This document shows positions 1 through 10,065 of a DNA stretch of 64,000 nt, piece after piece. Source of the stretch: an uncultured delta proteobacterium. GTDB taxonomy: Bacteria; Desulfobacterota; Desulfobacteria; Desulfobacterales; SG8-13. The first letter of the stretch is position 1; every line of letters starts with the position of its first letter. Where the stretch lies: NCBI GenBank assembly GCA_963848135.1, contig CAWKCK010000005.1:124001-188000 (forward strand), in the 5' to 3' direction. The notes beneath the pieces are model-generated. The model did not search any database. It was given only the letters and a program-made list of their open reading frames with translations, and was not told the DNA's origin. The position numbers were made by a program, and so were the translations under genes.

Positions 1-327
1 GTGTGGGCTTATCGCAGAAATAATTCAATCAATTAAGTTATAAGGTCGCCTTAAAATAACAGCAAACATTTCGAAACCGATTATTGCACTTTTCTATTTA
101 TTTGAGTCCATTGCCGTGGACCTCTATATTGCATCACACGCGAAAACTTGACTTGATTCATTATCGTTTTAAGCCAACAGCAATGCGACGATTCAGGCTT
201 CCGACAGACGAATCCACAGGAATATGAAAAAAACTGGCAAGTTTTCCTTCGGTAATCAAAACATTAGCTTTTAAATGAGGTTCTTCTCCGGTTTAGTTGA
301 ATTTCCCCCGAATCAGTAGACACCGAG

Positions 328-1191
328 TTAAGCCGCAAGGGAGAAAGTTTCGTATTCCTGTGGCGTTGCATATCCGAGTGCAGAGTGACGCCTTTTTCGG
401 TTGTAGAAGATTTCTATGTAATAGAACAGGCTGTGGGTTGCTTGTGACCTGCTGAGGTACCGGTGATGGTTCACCCATTCGGTTTTGAGCAGACGAAAGA
501 AGCTTTCCGCAACAGCGTTGTCATAACAGTTTCCCTTGCGGCTCATACTGCAAGTAATGCCATGCTTGGAAAGGATTTTCTGATAATCGCCGGAAGCGTA
601 CTGACTGCCCCGATCCGAGTGGTGAATCAAGCCCTTTGCAGGAGTTCGACGGCCAAGCGCCATCTGCAGTGCATCAATCGCCAGTTGGCGGGTCATCCGG
701 GATGAGGTTGCCCAACCGACGATCTCGCGGTTGAACAGATCGAGTAGCACGGCCAGATACATCCATCCTTTCTCGGTATGGATGTAGGTGATATCGCCAA
801 CCCAAGTACGATCAGGAGCATCAACAGTGAAATCCTGGTTCAGCAGGTTTGGCGCTACCGGCAGGTTGTGCCGGGAGTTGGTCGTCGCTTTGAATTTCTT
901 TTTGGCCCGAGACCGGATACCGGCTTCACGCATGATTCGGGCGACACGGTTTTTACCGCATCGCACGCCATCATCGATAAGATCCCGGTGAATCTTGGGT
1001 GATCCATAGATGCCGTGACTGGCGGCATGAAAGACGCGGATTTTGTCCTCCAGAGTCCGGTTTTCAAGACTTCGACGGCTCTCTGGACGCTCCAGCCAGG
1101 CATAATAACCGGAGCGGGAGACTTTGAGTAGCGTGCACATGCGGCCTACCTTGAACGTCTCCCGGTGAGCAGATATGAATCGAAATTTCAT
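328..1191 (-). CDS. IS3 transposase OrfB (rve/DDE integrase core)
   Basis: WVGDITYI, HSDRGSQY, DNAVAESFF motifs. Confidence 0.95.
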   Translation of the reverse strand: MKFRFISAHRETFKVGRMCTLLKVSRSGYYAWLERPESRRSLENRTLEDKIRVFHAASHGIYGSPKIHRDLIDDGVRCGKNRVARIMREAGIRSRAKKKFKATTNSRHNLPVAPNLLNQDFTVDAPDRTWVGDITYIHTEKGWMYLAVLLDLFNREIVGWATSSRMTRQLAIDALQMALGRRTPAKGLIHHSDRGSQYASGDYQKILSKHGITCSMSRKGNCYDNAVAESFFRLLKTEWVNHHRYLSRSQATHSLFYYIEIFYNRKRRHSALGYATPQEYETFSLAA

Positions 1192-1487
1192 TTCTGATCC
1201 TCCGCAAAGTAGGCCAGTGCTTTTTTTAAGATATCACGCTCTTCGGTAACACGCTCCAATTTACGCTGGAGTTGCCGTAGTTCCTGATCGGCAGTTTTAA
1301 GTTGTCCCTTACCGGGAAATGCGTTTTGGGGGTCATCCGCCAACTGATTTTTCCAGCGGCGCAGGATGCTGTAATCGATGCCCAGATTCCGGGAGGCTTC
1401 GGCGATGCTGTATCCTTTTTCGGTGATCAGCGCCACGGCTTCCCGCTTGAATTCTCGGCTGTAAGTCTTTCTTTGTTTCTTTGACAT
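1188..1487 (-). CDS. IS3 transposase OrfA (HTH)
   Basis: YSREFKREAV HTH start; ATGA overlap with orfB; A7G slippery sequence on minus strand at 1220-1227. Confidence 0.93.
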   Translation of the reverse strand: MSKKQRKTYSREFKREAVALITEKGYSIAEASRNLGIDYSILRRWKNQLADDPQNAFPGKGQLKTADQELRQLQRKLERVTEERDILKKALAYFAEDQK

Positions 1488-1554
1488 TGGAACACCTCCT
1501 GTTGCCCATATACATTGGGCTTTTTGAGGTGTCCACTAAATTGGGGTAAATCCA

Positions 1555-2102
1555 ACCTGCGGCTCATTCGCAACCGCATAGCCGAGGTATGTGAAACCCA
1601 ATCGCCGTTTAAAGGCGAAATCGAAGTCGATGAATCATACTTCGGTGGTAAACGCATCAAGGGCAAACGCGGCCGCGGTGCTTTTAAGAAAACCCCTGTG
1701 TTTGGTATTTTCAAACGTGGCGGCAAAGTCTACACTGAAATCGTTCCAGATTGCGCTAAAGCCACTTTGCAAGGCATTATCAGGGGACGCGTCGACCCCG
1801 ATAGCGTTATCCATTCAGATCGCTGGCGCGGTTACAACGGACTGGTTGACCTGGGTTACAAAAAGCATTACCGCGTCAGCCATGGTACCAACCAATTTGC
1901 CAAGGGGCACAGTCACATCAATGGTATTGAATCCTTCTGGGCATATGCCAAACACCGTTTGATGAAGTTCCATGGCATTGCTGAATCGACTTTCTACCTA
2001 CATCTGAAAGAATGCGAATTTAGATTCAATAACCGTAACAAAAATATTTACTTATTATTGCTTAAAATGTTTAGAAATAGGCCTCTGTTCTAGTCGAGTC
2101 CC
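1555..2102 (+). pseudogene. 5'-truncated IS1595-family (IS1016-like) transposase and right end
   Basis: EIEVDESYFGG, KRGRG, IHSDRW, HINGIESFW motifs; N-terminus replaced by IS3 end; TCTAGTCGAGTCCC terminus at ~2102. Confidence 0.85.
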
Positions 2103-2256
2103 TTATTTTAATAAGATAGGAATCATTTGCCAGCAAAAACCATCAACTTTATTGGAGATGATCCTTAAATGACAGTTCCACGAAAATACCAATGGTGTTA
2201 ACACAATTGTTGAACCACACTATATTTCGGTAGTCACAACAAGGGGGCTGAGTCCT

Positions 2257-2649
2257 TTAAAGACTCGACCAATGACCTGCGTCTTCCTTCTTCGATGCGC
2301 ATCTTTTTATTATTACCGATCGGGATCCAAAATTCAAAGTGCCGCCATTTATATCCGGCGGTGTATTCCATGAATACCTCTCACCTAAATTCAAATCCAT
2401 CGCGTTCCATACTTCTTCATCATTCTGGTATCCATGAGGTTCAAGCTTAATTTTTGTCCATGTCAATTTCTCTCTGGCATTGAGTTCGGCCAAGCCCTGA
2501 ATTAAAGCATTTTGCTCGGCTGTGTAAGAGATGGCGACAACCTTTTTAACGGTAAGGGCTGTAACTAAACCGAGGATGGCTATAACCGCAATCAGTTCGA
2601 TAAGCGTGAAACCCTTTGAATTCGAAGTGTTTAAGTTTGCAAAAAACAT
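2257..2649 (-). CDS. Type IV pilin/pseudopilin-like protein
   Basis: Prepilin cleavage/methylation motif G|FTLIELIAVIAIL. Confidence 0.85.
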   Translation of the reverse strand: MFFANLNTSNSKGFTLIELIAVIAILGLVTALTVKKVVAISYTAEQNALIQGLAELNAREKLTWTKIKLEPHGYQNDEEVWNAMDLNLGERYSWNTPPDINGGTLNFGSRSVIIKRCASKKEDAGHWSSL

Positions 2650-2720
2650 TGATTGTCAGCTACCTAAGATTAAATATTTCGTTACACATAGTTTGAATTC
2701 CGAGTGTATTACCATTGCAA

Positions 2721-2737
2721 TGCAATAAGCATACCTG
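2721..2737 (-). promoter_or_regulatory. Putative sigma54 promoter of pilin-like gene
   Basis: CAGGTATGCTTATTGCA, GG-N10-GC. Confidence 0.55.
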
Positions 2738-3360
2738 ATAAAATTATCGTTAAGAATGAAGATAATTATTTTCTGACTTCCTATACCTGATTGGATTTCT
2801 TGAAGCCGTTTTGAACAAATGTTGGGTATGTTACTCAAGAACAGTCACATATAATATGCGATTAAACCACTATATTTTATAATAGTTATGAAATTGTTGC
2901 CCTTTTAGTCACAATCGCTTCTCTTCGCGTAATTTATTCTTCCAAAAAGTTTTTTTTTTACCGTTTCGATCCATACAGGCAATTCAATGCTGTTCAGGCG
3001 CGATTAAAGTGGGAAGAAATATTCTTAATATATAAAACTATATTCACAAGGATATTAACTTCATTTTACATGATTTAATGCGATTGCATTTATACCGAGG
3101 TCATCGCATTGTTTTCTCCATGTTTTTCAGCGGCTTACAGAATTCGTGCATTTCTTGCACAGATCTTGCTTTAAAGACATTTAGAATATCTTTATATCGT
3201 TCGATTTGGCTACAAGCATGAACAAAATAAAGATCATCCGTCAAGACGGGGCACGGACCAATGTAAAAACGCTGTATGAATTTAATCCATGGCCTGAAAC
3301 ATCGCCATGTGGCGGTAGAAGTGAAATAGGCTGGATGCATATCAATCGAACAAACCTGGT

Positions 3361-5157
3361 TTGGTGAGGAAAGCAGTAAAATTGAAGACAATAAGAATCA
3401 CTTTAGTTTCTATTATTTTGGTCTCCGGATTTTTCGCAATTTCATGCAGTATGAAAAATACGCCAGTTAGGCATGTTACAAAGGTCATTCCCCCAAGTGA
3501 AAGCAGTATTAACGAACAAGCATTACATCAAGGTCAGAATACCGAGTTGACAGACAGCGCGATCGTCGAAGAGTTGAACAGGCTATTGAATGAACGAAAA
3601 TATCTTGAGCTATTGTCTTCGTCGGCCAGATATATTCAGGCGACAGATTCATCTAAAACACATTCATACATTTATGAAGGGCTCAGCAGGGCGTGTTTTG
3701 CGAACCGAGAAGTCGAGAATGCACTGTTTTTTTTAATACTCGCTTTCGAAAACTGTGAACGCACCGAAAGAGATCAATTTTTCGATCGGAATGAAGGCTA
3801 TTTAAGTAACGTCGAACTTGAAACGATCTTATTTTCTCTTTCCCAGGCCGCTGACAAGGAGGCCAAGGGTGACTTGCTCTATCAGTTTGCCCGAAAGAAA
3901 TATGATAACGAAAAATATGCCGAAGCGAAACAATTGCTGGCCGAATTTATCAAGATTACACCACAGCATGAGAAAACAACTTTAGCTGAGAATATGCTCA
4001 CGGATATCGATGCGATAACCGGAGTTGACCTGAGGCATATTGGATGCTTGCTGCCTTTAAGCGGTCCCTATAAGGCCTATGGTAATAAAGCCCTTAACGG
4101 GCTCATGTACGCCGTCAATGAGTTCAACAAACAGAATCCAGACACCCGTTTTGAATTAACAGTCATGGACACAGGTTCTGAACACCGGCCGGTTTCACAA
4201 CTTGTGGCCGAACTCGATGATAAGCGTGTGGCTTTGATTATCGGACCGCTTCTTAAGAGCCAAGAGGCTGCGGTGGAGGCACAGAAAAGAAACATACCGA
4301 TCATTACGCTCACCCAAAAAGAGGGTATTTGTAATACCGGAGATTATGTTTTCCGACACTTTATCACGGCACGTATGCAGGTAGAGGCAATTTTGGCCTC
4401 CGCTTCGTATGATTTCGATATCAAAAGTTTCGCCGTACTTTACCCAGATGAGCCCTACGGCAGAATGTTTGCAGAGCTTTTCACAACTGCAGCTCCCCGT
4501 CATGGTGTGAAAATAAACCAGATCAGAGCATACGAAACCGGACAAACTGACTTCGGGGATCAAATTCGAGGCATGGTTCGTTACAAAGAGAAAATTAACG
4601 ATCCTGGTGTAAAAACACGTAACGCCAATCGGCATGTAGAACAGGAAGTGATCAAGGACTTTGACGCATTGTTTATTCCCGATTCACCCCAAATTGTCAG
4701 TATGATCGCGCCGCAGTTGGATTTTCACGATGTCAACGGGGTCCTTCTCTTCGGCACAAACCTTTGGCACTCTGATGAGTTGATTTTGCAAGCCGGAAAA
4801 TATGTTCAGGAAGCGGTTGTACCGGACATATTTTTTAGAAACAGCTCTGGCGCGGCTGTGAAACGATTTGTTTCTGATTTTCAATCACAATTTAATGAAC
4901 CGCCAGGGTTCATGGAGGCCGTCGCTTACGATACGACCAACATGGCCTTCCAAGCGCTATTAGTGCCGAGACTGGCTTCTCGAGAACATGTGAAGACTTC
5001 ATTGCACAATATGACATCTTTTATTGGAATAACTGGCCGAACAATATTCGACATTGCCGGAGAATCTCAGAAAGACCTCTATTTATTGCAAATTATTGGA
5101 GATCGCTTTGTCGAGATGGAAAAGACCGGCCGCATTTATTCGTATATGCAGCTTTGA
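3361..5157 (+). CDS. LpoA/LppC-like lipoprotein (penicillin-binding protein activator; TPR plus periplasmic-binding fold)
   Basis: Lipobox-like AISC, TPR-like N-half, IGCLLPLSG and IIGPL motifs. Confidence 0.75.
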   Translation: MVRKAVKLKTIRITLVSIILVSGFFAISCSMKNTPVRHVTKVIPPSESSINEQALHQGQNTELTDSAIVEELNRLLNERKYLELLSSSARYIQATDSSKTHSYIYEGLSRACFANREVENALFFLILAFENCERTERDQFFDRNEGYLSNVELETILFSLSQAADKEAKGDLLYQFARKKYDNEKYAEAKQLLAEFIKITPQHEKTTLAENMLTDIDAITGVDLRHIGCLLPLSGPYKAYGNKALNGLMYAVNEFNKQNPDTRFELTVMDTGSEHRPVSQLVAELDDKRVALIIGPLLKSQEAAVEAQKRNIPIITLTQKEGICNTGDYVFRHFITARMQVEAILASASYDFDIKSFAVLYPDEPYGRMFAELFTTAAPRHGVKINQIRAYETGQTDFGDQIRGMVRYKEKINDPGVKTRNANRHVEQEVIKDFDALFIPDSPQIVSMIAPQLDFHDVNGVLLFGTNLWHSDELILQAGKYVQEAVVPDIFFRNSSGAAVKRFVSDFQSQFNEPPGFMEAVAYDTTNMAFQALLVPRLASREHVKTSLHNMTSFIGITGRTIFDIAGESQKDLYLLQIIGDRFVEMEKTGRIYSYMQL

Positions 5158-5225
5158 ACAACAATTATTAACACCAATGTAAAATAACTTTATTGAAAAC
5201 TGACAGGACAATATTTGGAGGAGAA

Positions 5226-6574
5226 ATGAAAGTATCTTTGGCCGTAAAATTAAATTCATCCGAACTGGTTGATATGCCTTTCATACCGCAAGCGCCAGAC
5301 CGTCTTGACGACCTCGATATCCCGCGTTCACTATTAGAGGATTTAATTTTACGGCATGCTTTTACAAAGGCCGTAACAAATCTCAGAAGTTTGAATAAAG
5401 CGCTTAAAATACCCATTTTCTATTCTGATGGATTTATTTCAACAAATGCGCCAGCGCCAATTGTTTGAGATCGTCGGAATGGAGGGAAACGATTATAATT
5501 TCACCCTTTCTGACAAGGGACGGGGGTTCGCTGAAAAAAGGTTTTATACCTGCCAGTATGCCGGACCGGCGCCTGTGCCCGTAAAAAGTTACTTTACGGC
5601 AGTTCGTCAACAAAAAGGAGAGCTTTCAATATATAAGGACTATCTGCGAAGATCATTCAAAGATCTGGTCTTAACTGATCGTTTTTTAGATCAGCTCGGA
5701 CCGGCTCTCGTTTCCCAAAAGTCAATTTTCCTTTACGGCCCAACAGGCAGCGGAAAAACAAGCATCGCCGCGAACTTGGACAGGATCTTTGATGACACCG
5801 TATTTATTCCCTATGCACTCGAGTATGACGGTCAGATTATCGTGTTGTACGACCCCCTTGTGCATCAAAAAGTTGAATTTTCCGATTTTGTTTATGACAA
5901 ACGTTGGGTGCCGTGCCGACGGCCGTGCCTCATTACCGGCGGTGAATTGGAGCCTAAAATGCTGGAGTTGCAGATCGAGGAAAGAACACAGGTATATACA
6001 GCGCCGATTCAACTGCGCGCAAACAACGGCATTCTGGTCATCGATGACTTCGGTAGGCAGTCGATGCCTCCGCATTATCTCCTGAATCGCTGGATTGTTC
6101 CGCTTGACCGAAGGGTCGATTACCTGTCTTTGCGGTATGGTGCGAAATTCGAAATACCTTTTGAAATGGTGGTTGTCTTTTCAACCAATCTCGATCCGAA
6201 TAGTCTGGCTGATGAAGCTTTCCTAAGGAGGATACAGAACAAAATATTCGTCGAGGCCGTGGATCCGGATACATTCACCGAAATCTTCGACAGAATCGTT
6301 GCTAAAAAACATCTCCAGGCAGAAACAGCTTCTTCTCAGCTATTGATAGAATATTGTAAAAAATACGGCCCTGGCGAACTTCGGGCATGTTACCCGGGTG
6401 ATATCATCGATATCGTTACATCAATTGCAGGATATGAAGGAGAATCTGGTAAAAATCGATAGTCAAAACCTGAAAAGAGCGGTCGACCTGTACTTTACAA
6501 AACCGCAAAGTTCTGACTCAGAAACATTAATTGGCACAATCATTGATCTAAACGTTTCTATCAACTATTTATAG
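5226..6574 (+). CDS. AAA+ ATPase, frameshifted (~5420 and ~6445)
   Basis: ORFs 5193-5468 and 5428-6462 join; Walker A GPTGSGKT, Walker B LVIDDFGRQ, DEAFLRRI; C-terminal RAVDLYF in a shifted frame. Confidence 0.75.
6531..6547 (+). promoter_or_regulatory. Possible sigma54 promoter (TTGA variant at -12)
   Basis: TTGGCACAATCATTGAT upstream of ORF 6576. Confidence 0.4.
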
Positions 6575-6575
6575 G

Positions 6576-6788
6576 GTGAAATCGGTGTTATTCGAGTATA
6601 CAAAATTATTAGGTGCAGAATTCTCGCCTCTCTCATTCGAGTTTATCGCGCATGTGAGCCTTCTTCTTTTCGGTGGCGTTTTTTTAGCATTAGTAGGTTA
6701 TCGTGTTAAAGGTATTCTCGGATCAGTATTCTTCAGCTTGGTAGGCGCAGCAGCCTTTCTGTACCAAAACGGGCTCCTGCGTTTTTGA
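6576..6788 (+). CDS. Small membrane protein
   Basis: 70 aa, two hydrophobic segments. Confidence 0.55.
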   Translation: MKSVLFEYTKLLGAEFSPLSFEFIAHVSLLLFGGVFLALVGYRVKGILGSVFFSLVGAAAFLYQNGLLRF

Positions 6789-6902
6789 TCGAGGATGGTA
6801 TATTCATCAGACGCTTTTAGTATTGGCTTCGTTATTTTCTTTTTAGCCCTTATTTTAAATATAATTTTTACGCAGAGTTTTATTGCGTTCAAAAATTTTA
6901 AA

Positions 6903-7636
6903 TCAACGGTACCACCGAATAACACTCTTCTCAAAATCGATCTCATACCGTAAATTTCTCAAAAAGTTCATACCCAATAGCCCGTCATAATCTGCGTTTC
7001 TGTCGATTTGATCGATGATACTGGCAAAAATATCCTTTTTCCTATTTGGTCCCACTGAAACATCATCGAGTCTCGCGATATCGGCAGCAATTAATTGTCC
7101 GCCAGCCAGCTGCAACGTTGGTTTTTTGCGTGTTTTTAATTTTTAGTTTTTCAGCGATATTTCGGTGTAATGTCACAATAGAAGCGCCGGTATCGAGCAA
7201 CAGGGTGCGTCGTAGGTTTTCCCGCATAACAATCGTAACAGGCACCAATACCCGGTTTCCATCGATTGCAACTGCTGTTTCAAATTTTTTAGAATTTTTC
7301 CGCTTGTTTTTTATTAAACGCATCGAATTTCGTTTTCAAGTGACTCCTTTTCTTCCCGTATCGATATAATATTTTTTCTTCTCAGTTAAAATAAATTGAG
7401 CCGTTATGATCGATTCCGCTCTTGTATTCACCGTTCTCCCCGATGTTAAAATATTTAAGATCTTGAGAGTCGATATACCAGCCGCCGTCATTGTCTGTCT
7501 GAAAATAGATTCCGCCTTCATCCTTTCCAATATAATAGGTTCCTCCTGAAAAACATACCGTGGACAAACAAATATAGAATAGAATTCCTAAACAGAACCT
7601 GGCTGAATTTAGTTTCATATATCGTCCTTTTTTCAT
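6903..7636 (-). CDS. Secreted retropepsin-like (clan AA) aspartic protease, split by frameshifts
   Basis: Signal peptide in 7382-7636; LLDTGAS in 7063-7323; DGLLGMNFL in 6903-7115. Confidence 0.75.
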
Positions 7637-7725
7637 GTTTTCATTACACTGTTAATTGATTTTTACAGCAGAAACCTAATTTCTGCATTGTCATCTTTGT
7701 ACCAAGAGCCTGAACTTTTAAATCT

Positions 7726-7742
7726 TTCAATAATTATGCCAA
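7726..7742 (-). promoter_or_regulatory. Possible sigma54 promoter of aspartic protease gene
   Basis: TTGGCATAATTATTGAA (TTGA variant). Confidence 0.45.
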
Positions 7743-8180
7743 CTTATGATAAGATCGTAAATTCGAAAAGTTAATCGTGCAACTTGTGATTTTACCGCAT
7801 GAATTACCTATTTAGCCGATATTTTCAAGCTCAGCCAAATTACCTTTATCAAGATAGAATGAACCATATCTCGATGGTAACAAAATATTGTGAAAAGTTT
7901 TTTACTTTTTGAGAAAAATGTTTTTCTTTTTCATTTATATTTTCTTCTTAAACGATAAGCGCCAGTATTTCAACAATATTACCTTCGTAAAATTCCTCTT
8001 TATCCTTACATCTTTTTTTCTCATCCGAAATAGCATACAAATCCGATCAAATAATATTTCCATGTTTTTATAGTTACTTAGAGCTTTTCATTTTTCTATA
8101 CTGTCTGTACAGAAAAACAAAAATACTTTTGTAAGAATAAAGTACTTCTTTTTAAACTAAAATATCTTTTTGTTATTAAT

Positions 8181-8197
8181 TTGGCACAGGTGATGCA
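8181..8197 (+). promoter_or_regulatory. sigma54 promoter of flp/tad operon
   Basis: TTGGCACAGGTGATGCA, GG-N10-GC, ~130 bp upstream of flp. Confidence 0.75.
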
Positions 8198-8329
8198 AAT
8201 AACAGAAGCAACGAAGCCGTTTTTGGCAGAAAGGAGGTGAGTAAGCGTTAACCACAGTTTAATGTAATTTGTTATTTTCTTTTACCCGTATCACGAATCT
8301 AAAATCAAAAAAGAAGGAGAACACGAAAC

Positions 8330-8521
8330 ATGAAAAAGCTGATCAATTTTTTTAAGGATGATGAAGGCGCCACGATGCCGGAATACGCGTTGATGATTTC
8401 GCTTATTGCTGTTGTATGTATCGTTGCTGTTACGGCTGTTGGGACTAAGGTCCAAGGCAATTTTCACAGCGGTAAGCGATGCGCTCACTCGACTCGTAAT
8501 ATATTAGCACAATTAGAGTGA
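8330..8521 (+). CDS. flp: Flp/Fap type IVb pilin (C-terminus probably frameshifted near 8460)
   Basis: FFKDDEG|ATMPEYAL Flp motif; RBS GGAG; alternative frame gives IFTAVSDAL, a typical Flp tail. Confidence 0.9.
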   Translation: MKKLINFFKDDEGATMPEYALMISLIAVVCIVAVTAVGTKVQGNFHSGKRCAHSTRNILAQLE

Positions 8522-8563
8522 GAAGATGGTGTTTACTGCGAAAGAGTTCTTCTCACTCTAATT
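8511..8563 (+). terminator. 16-bp perfect inverted repeat after flp (terminator or mRNA stabiliser)
   Basis: AATTAGAGTGAGAAGA ... TCTTCTCACTCTAATT. Confidence 0.65.
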
Positions 8564-8619
8564 AATAAAAACTATCAATATTTTATTATATAGATAAGAA
8601 TCTGTTGGTGATATTTAGA

Positions 8620-9164
8620 ATGAATTTATTTATACTCTTTAGCATAATCATCTTAATTTCTTTATCGTCGGTATACGATATTAAATATCGACGTATTCCA
8701 AATTTTATAACTTTTCCTGCAATATTGATTGGAATCTTCTATCATAGTTACAATTCTCGGTTTCGATGGGTTTCGGTTTAGCTTATTAGGAACTTTACTG
8801 GAATCGGCCTCTTAATAATTCCTTACTTTTTAGGAAAAATGGGCGCCGGTGATGCCAAATTACTCGGAGCTGTTGGATCTTTTATTGGTGCTAAGAGTGT
8901 CTTCATATCATTTCTATTCACTGCCGTAGCCGGTGGTATATATGCTTTTTTTAATCATTATTATATAAAAATAAATTCAACAGGTTTTTTAACAAATTAT
9001 ACTATAGCGGTGTCAACCTGATTGTACCCAAGAAATTGTATCTTTTGAGAATGAAGAAGATATCCGTCAAAGGCCCAAGACTTTGTTACGGATTAGCTAT
9101 TGCTGCCGGGACCGGAATTTATATGATTTGTGCGGTAGCCGGAATCGAAATTTTACCTTTATAA
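8620..9164 (+). CDS. cpaA: Prepilin peptidase TadV/CpaA (A24), frameshifted
   Basis: YDIKYRRIPN, MGAGDAKL and LCYGLAIAAG motifs in successive frames. Confidence 0.8.
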
Positions 9165-9176
9165 CGGGAGGTCAAA

Positions 9177-10040
9177 ATGAAATCATTGAAAACTTTTTTA
9201 CCTATCGCACTTTCCCTGGTCATTGCGGCCGGCGGTAGTTTTGCACTGTACAAGTGGATTCAGAGTAAACAAGGGACCGGAAAAGAAATCGTCCAGGTAC
9301 AAGCGGAGGCATCACCGGTCATTGTTGCTGCCGGCGATCTTTCCTGGGGGAGCAAATTGAAACCCGAAATGCTGAAAACTACCCCCTATTTAAAGGAAAG
9401 CCTTCCTGCAGGTCATTTTACCAAACTCGCTGATATTACCGGCCGCGTCCTCATCAGTCCGGTAAGAGCCAATGAACCGATCACCGAACACAAATTGGCC
9501 CCAAACAGCATTGAAACCGGCGGCGTCTCGGCGGTATTGAAACCTGGTAAACGGGCCATTGCTGTCAAGGGTGACAAAGTCATCGGCATCTCAGGATTTA
9601 TCAATCCAGGAAACCGCGTCGATATTCTTGTCACCATTGAAGACCCAAAAAAGAAGGAAGAGAAAACAAAAACCATACTGGAAAATATCCTTGTTTTAGC
9701 CACCGGCACCCAGATCCAGGAAAACGAAAAAGGAGAACCGTCTCCGGTTGACGTTTACACGCTCGAGGTGGATCCGGAAGATGGTGAAAGGCTCGCCTTG
9801 GCTGCGGCTGAAGGGCGGGTGCAACTGGCTCTCAGGTCAATCTTAGATACAGAGACCGTTTTAACCACCGGTGTGACGATTCCGAAAATGCTGGCCGCTT
9901 TCAGCTATGCTGAAGAAAAACCAAAACCGGCTGTTACTCAGAAAAAGCGTCCGACAAACCGGCGATGGATTCCCCGCAATACGGTCACCGTTGATATCAT
10001 TAAAGGAACCGATACAAGCCAAAAGAAATTTTCACAGTAA
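9177..10040 (+). CDS. cpaB: Flp pilus assembly protein CpaB/RcpC
   Basis: SAF-like region; GKRAIAV...GFINPGNRVDIL. Confidence 0.92.
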   Translation: MKSLKTFLPIALSLVIAAGGSFALYKWIQSKQGTGKEIVQVQAEASPVIVAAGDLSWGSKLKPEMLKTTPYLKESLPAGHFTKLADITGRVLISPVRANEPITEHKLAPNSIETGGVSAVLKPGKRAIAVKGDKVIGISGFINPGNRVDILVTIEDPKKKEEKTKTILENILVLATGTQIQENEKGEPSPVDVYTLEVDPEDGERLALAAAEGRVQLALRSILDTETVLTTGVTIPKMLAAFSYAEEKPKPAVTQKKRPTNRRWIPRNTVTVDIIKGTDTSQKKFSQ

Positions 10041-10065
10041 GCGTCAGACAGGAGGGATAGCTGCT

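Larger units (their letters stand above)
298..1554 (-). mobile_element. IS3-family insertion sequence (1257 bp)
   Basis: Imperfect 26-bp terminal inverted repeats (298-323 TGAATTTCCCCCGAATCAGTAGACAC and 1529-1554, 20/26 match, TG...CA ends) enclosing orfA/orfB; no target-site duplication visible. Confidence 0.95.

Noticed and set aside
1515..2093. 192-aa ORF as an intact IS1595 transposase
   Set aside because: Its TTG start and first codons lie inside the IS3 terminal repeat; it is a chimeric reading frame.
3289..3306. sigma54 promoter for the LpoA-like gene
   Set aside because: GG-to-GC spacing is 11, not 10.
9907..10065. N-terminal extension of the secretin ORF
   Set aside because: Overlaps cpaB; the RBS and signal peptide support ATG 10066.
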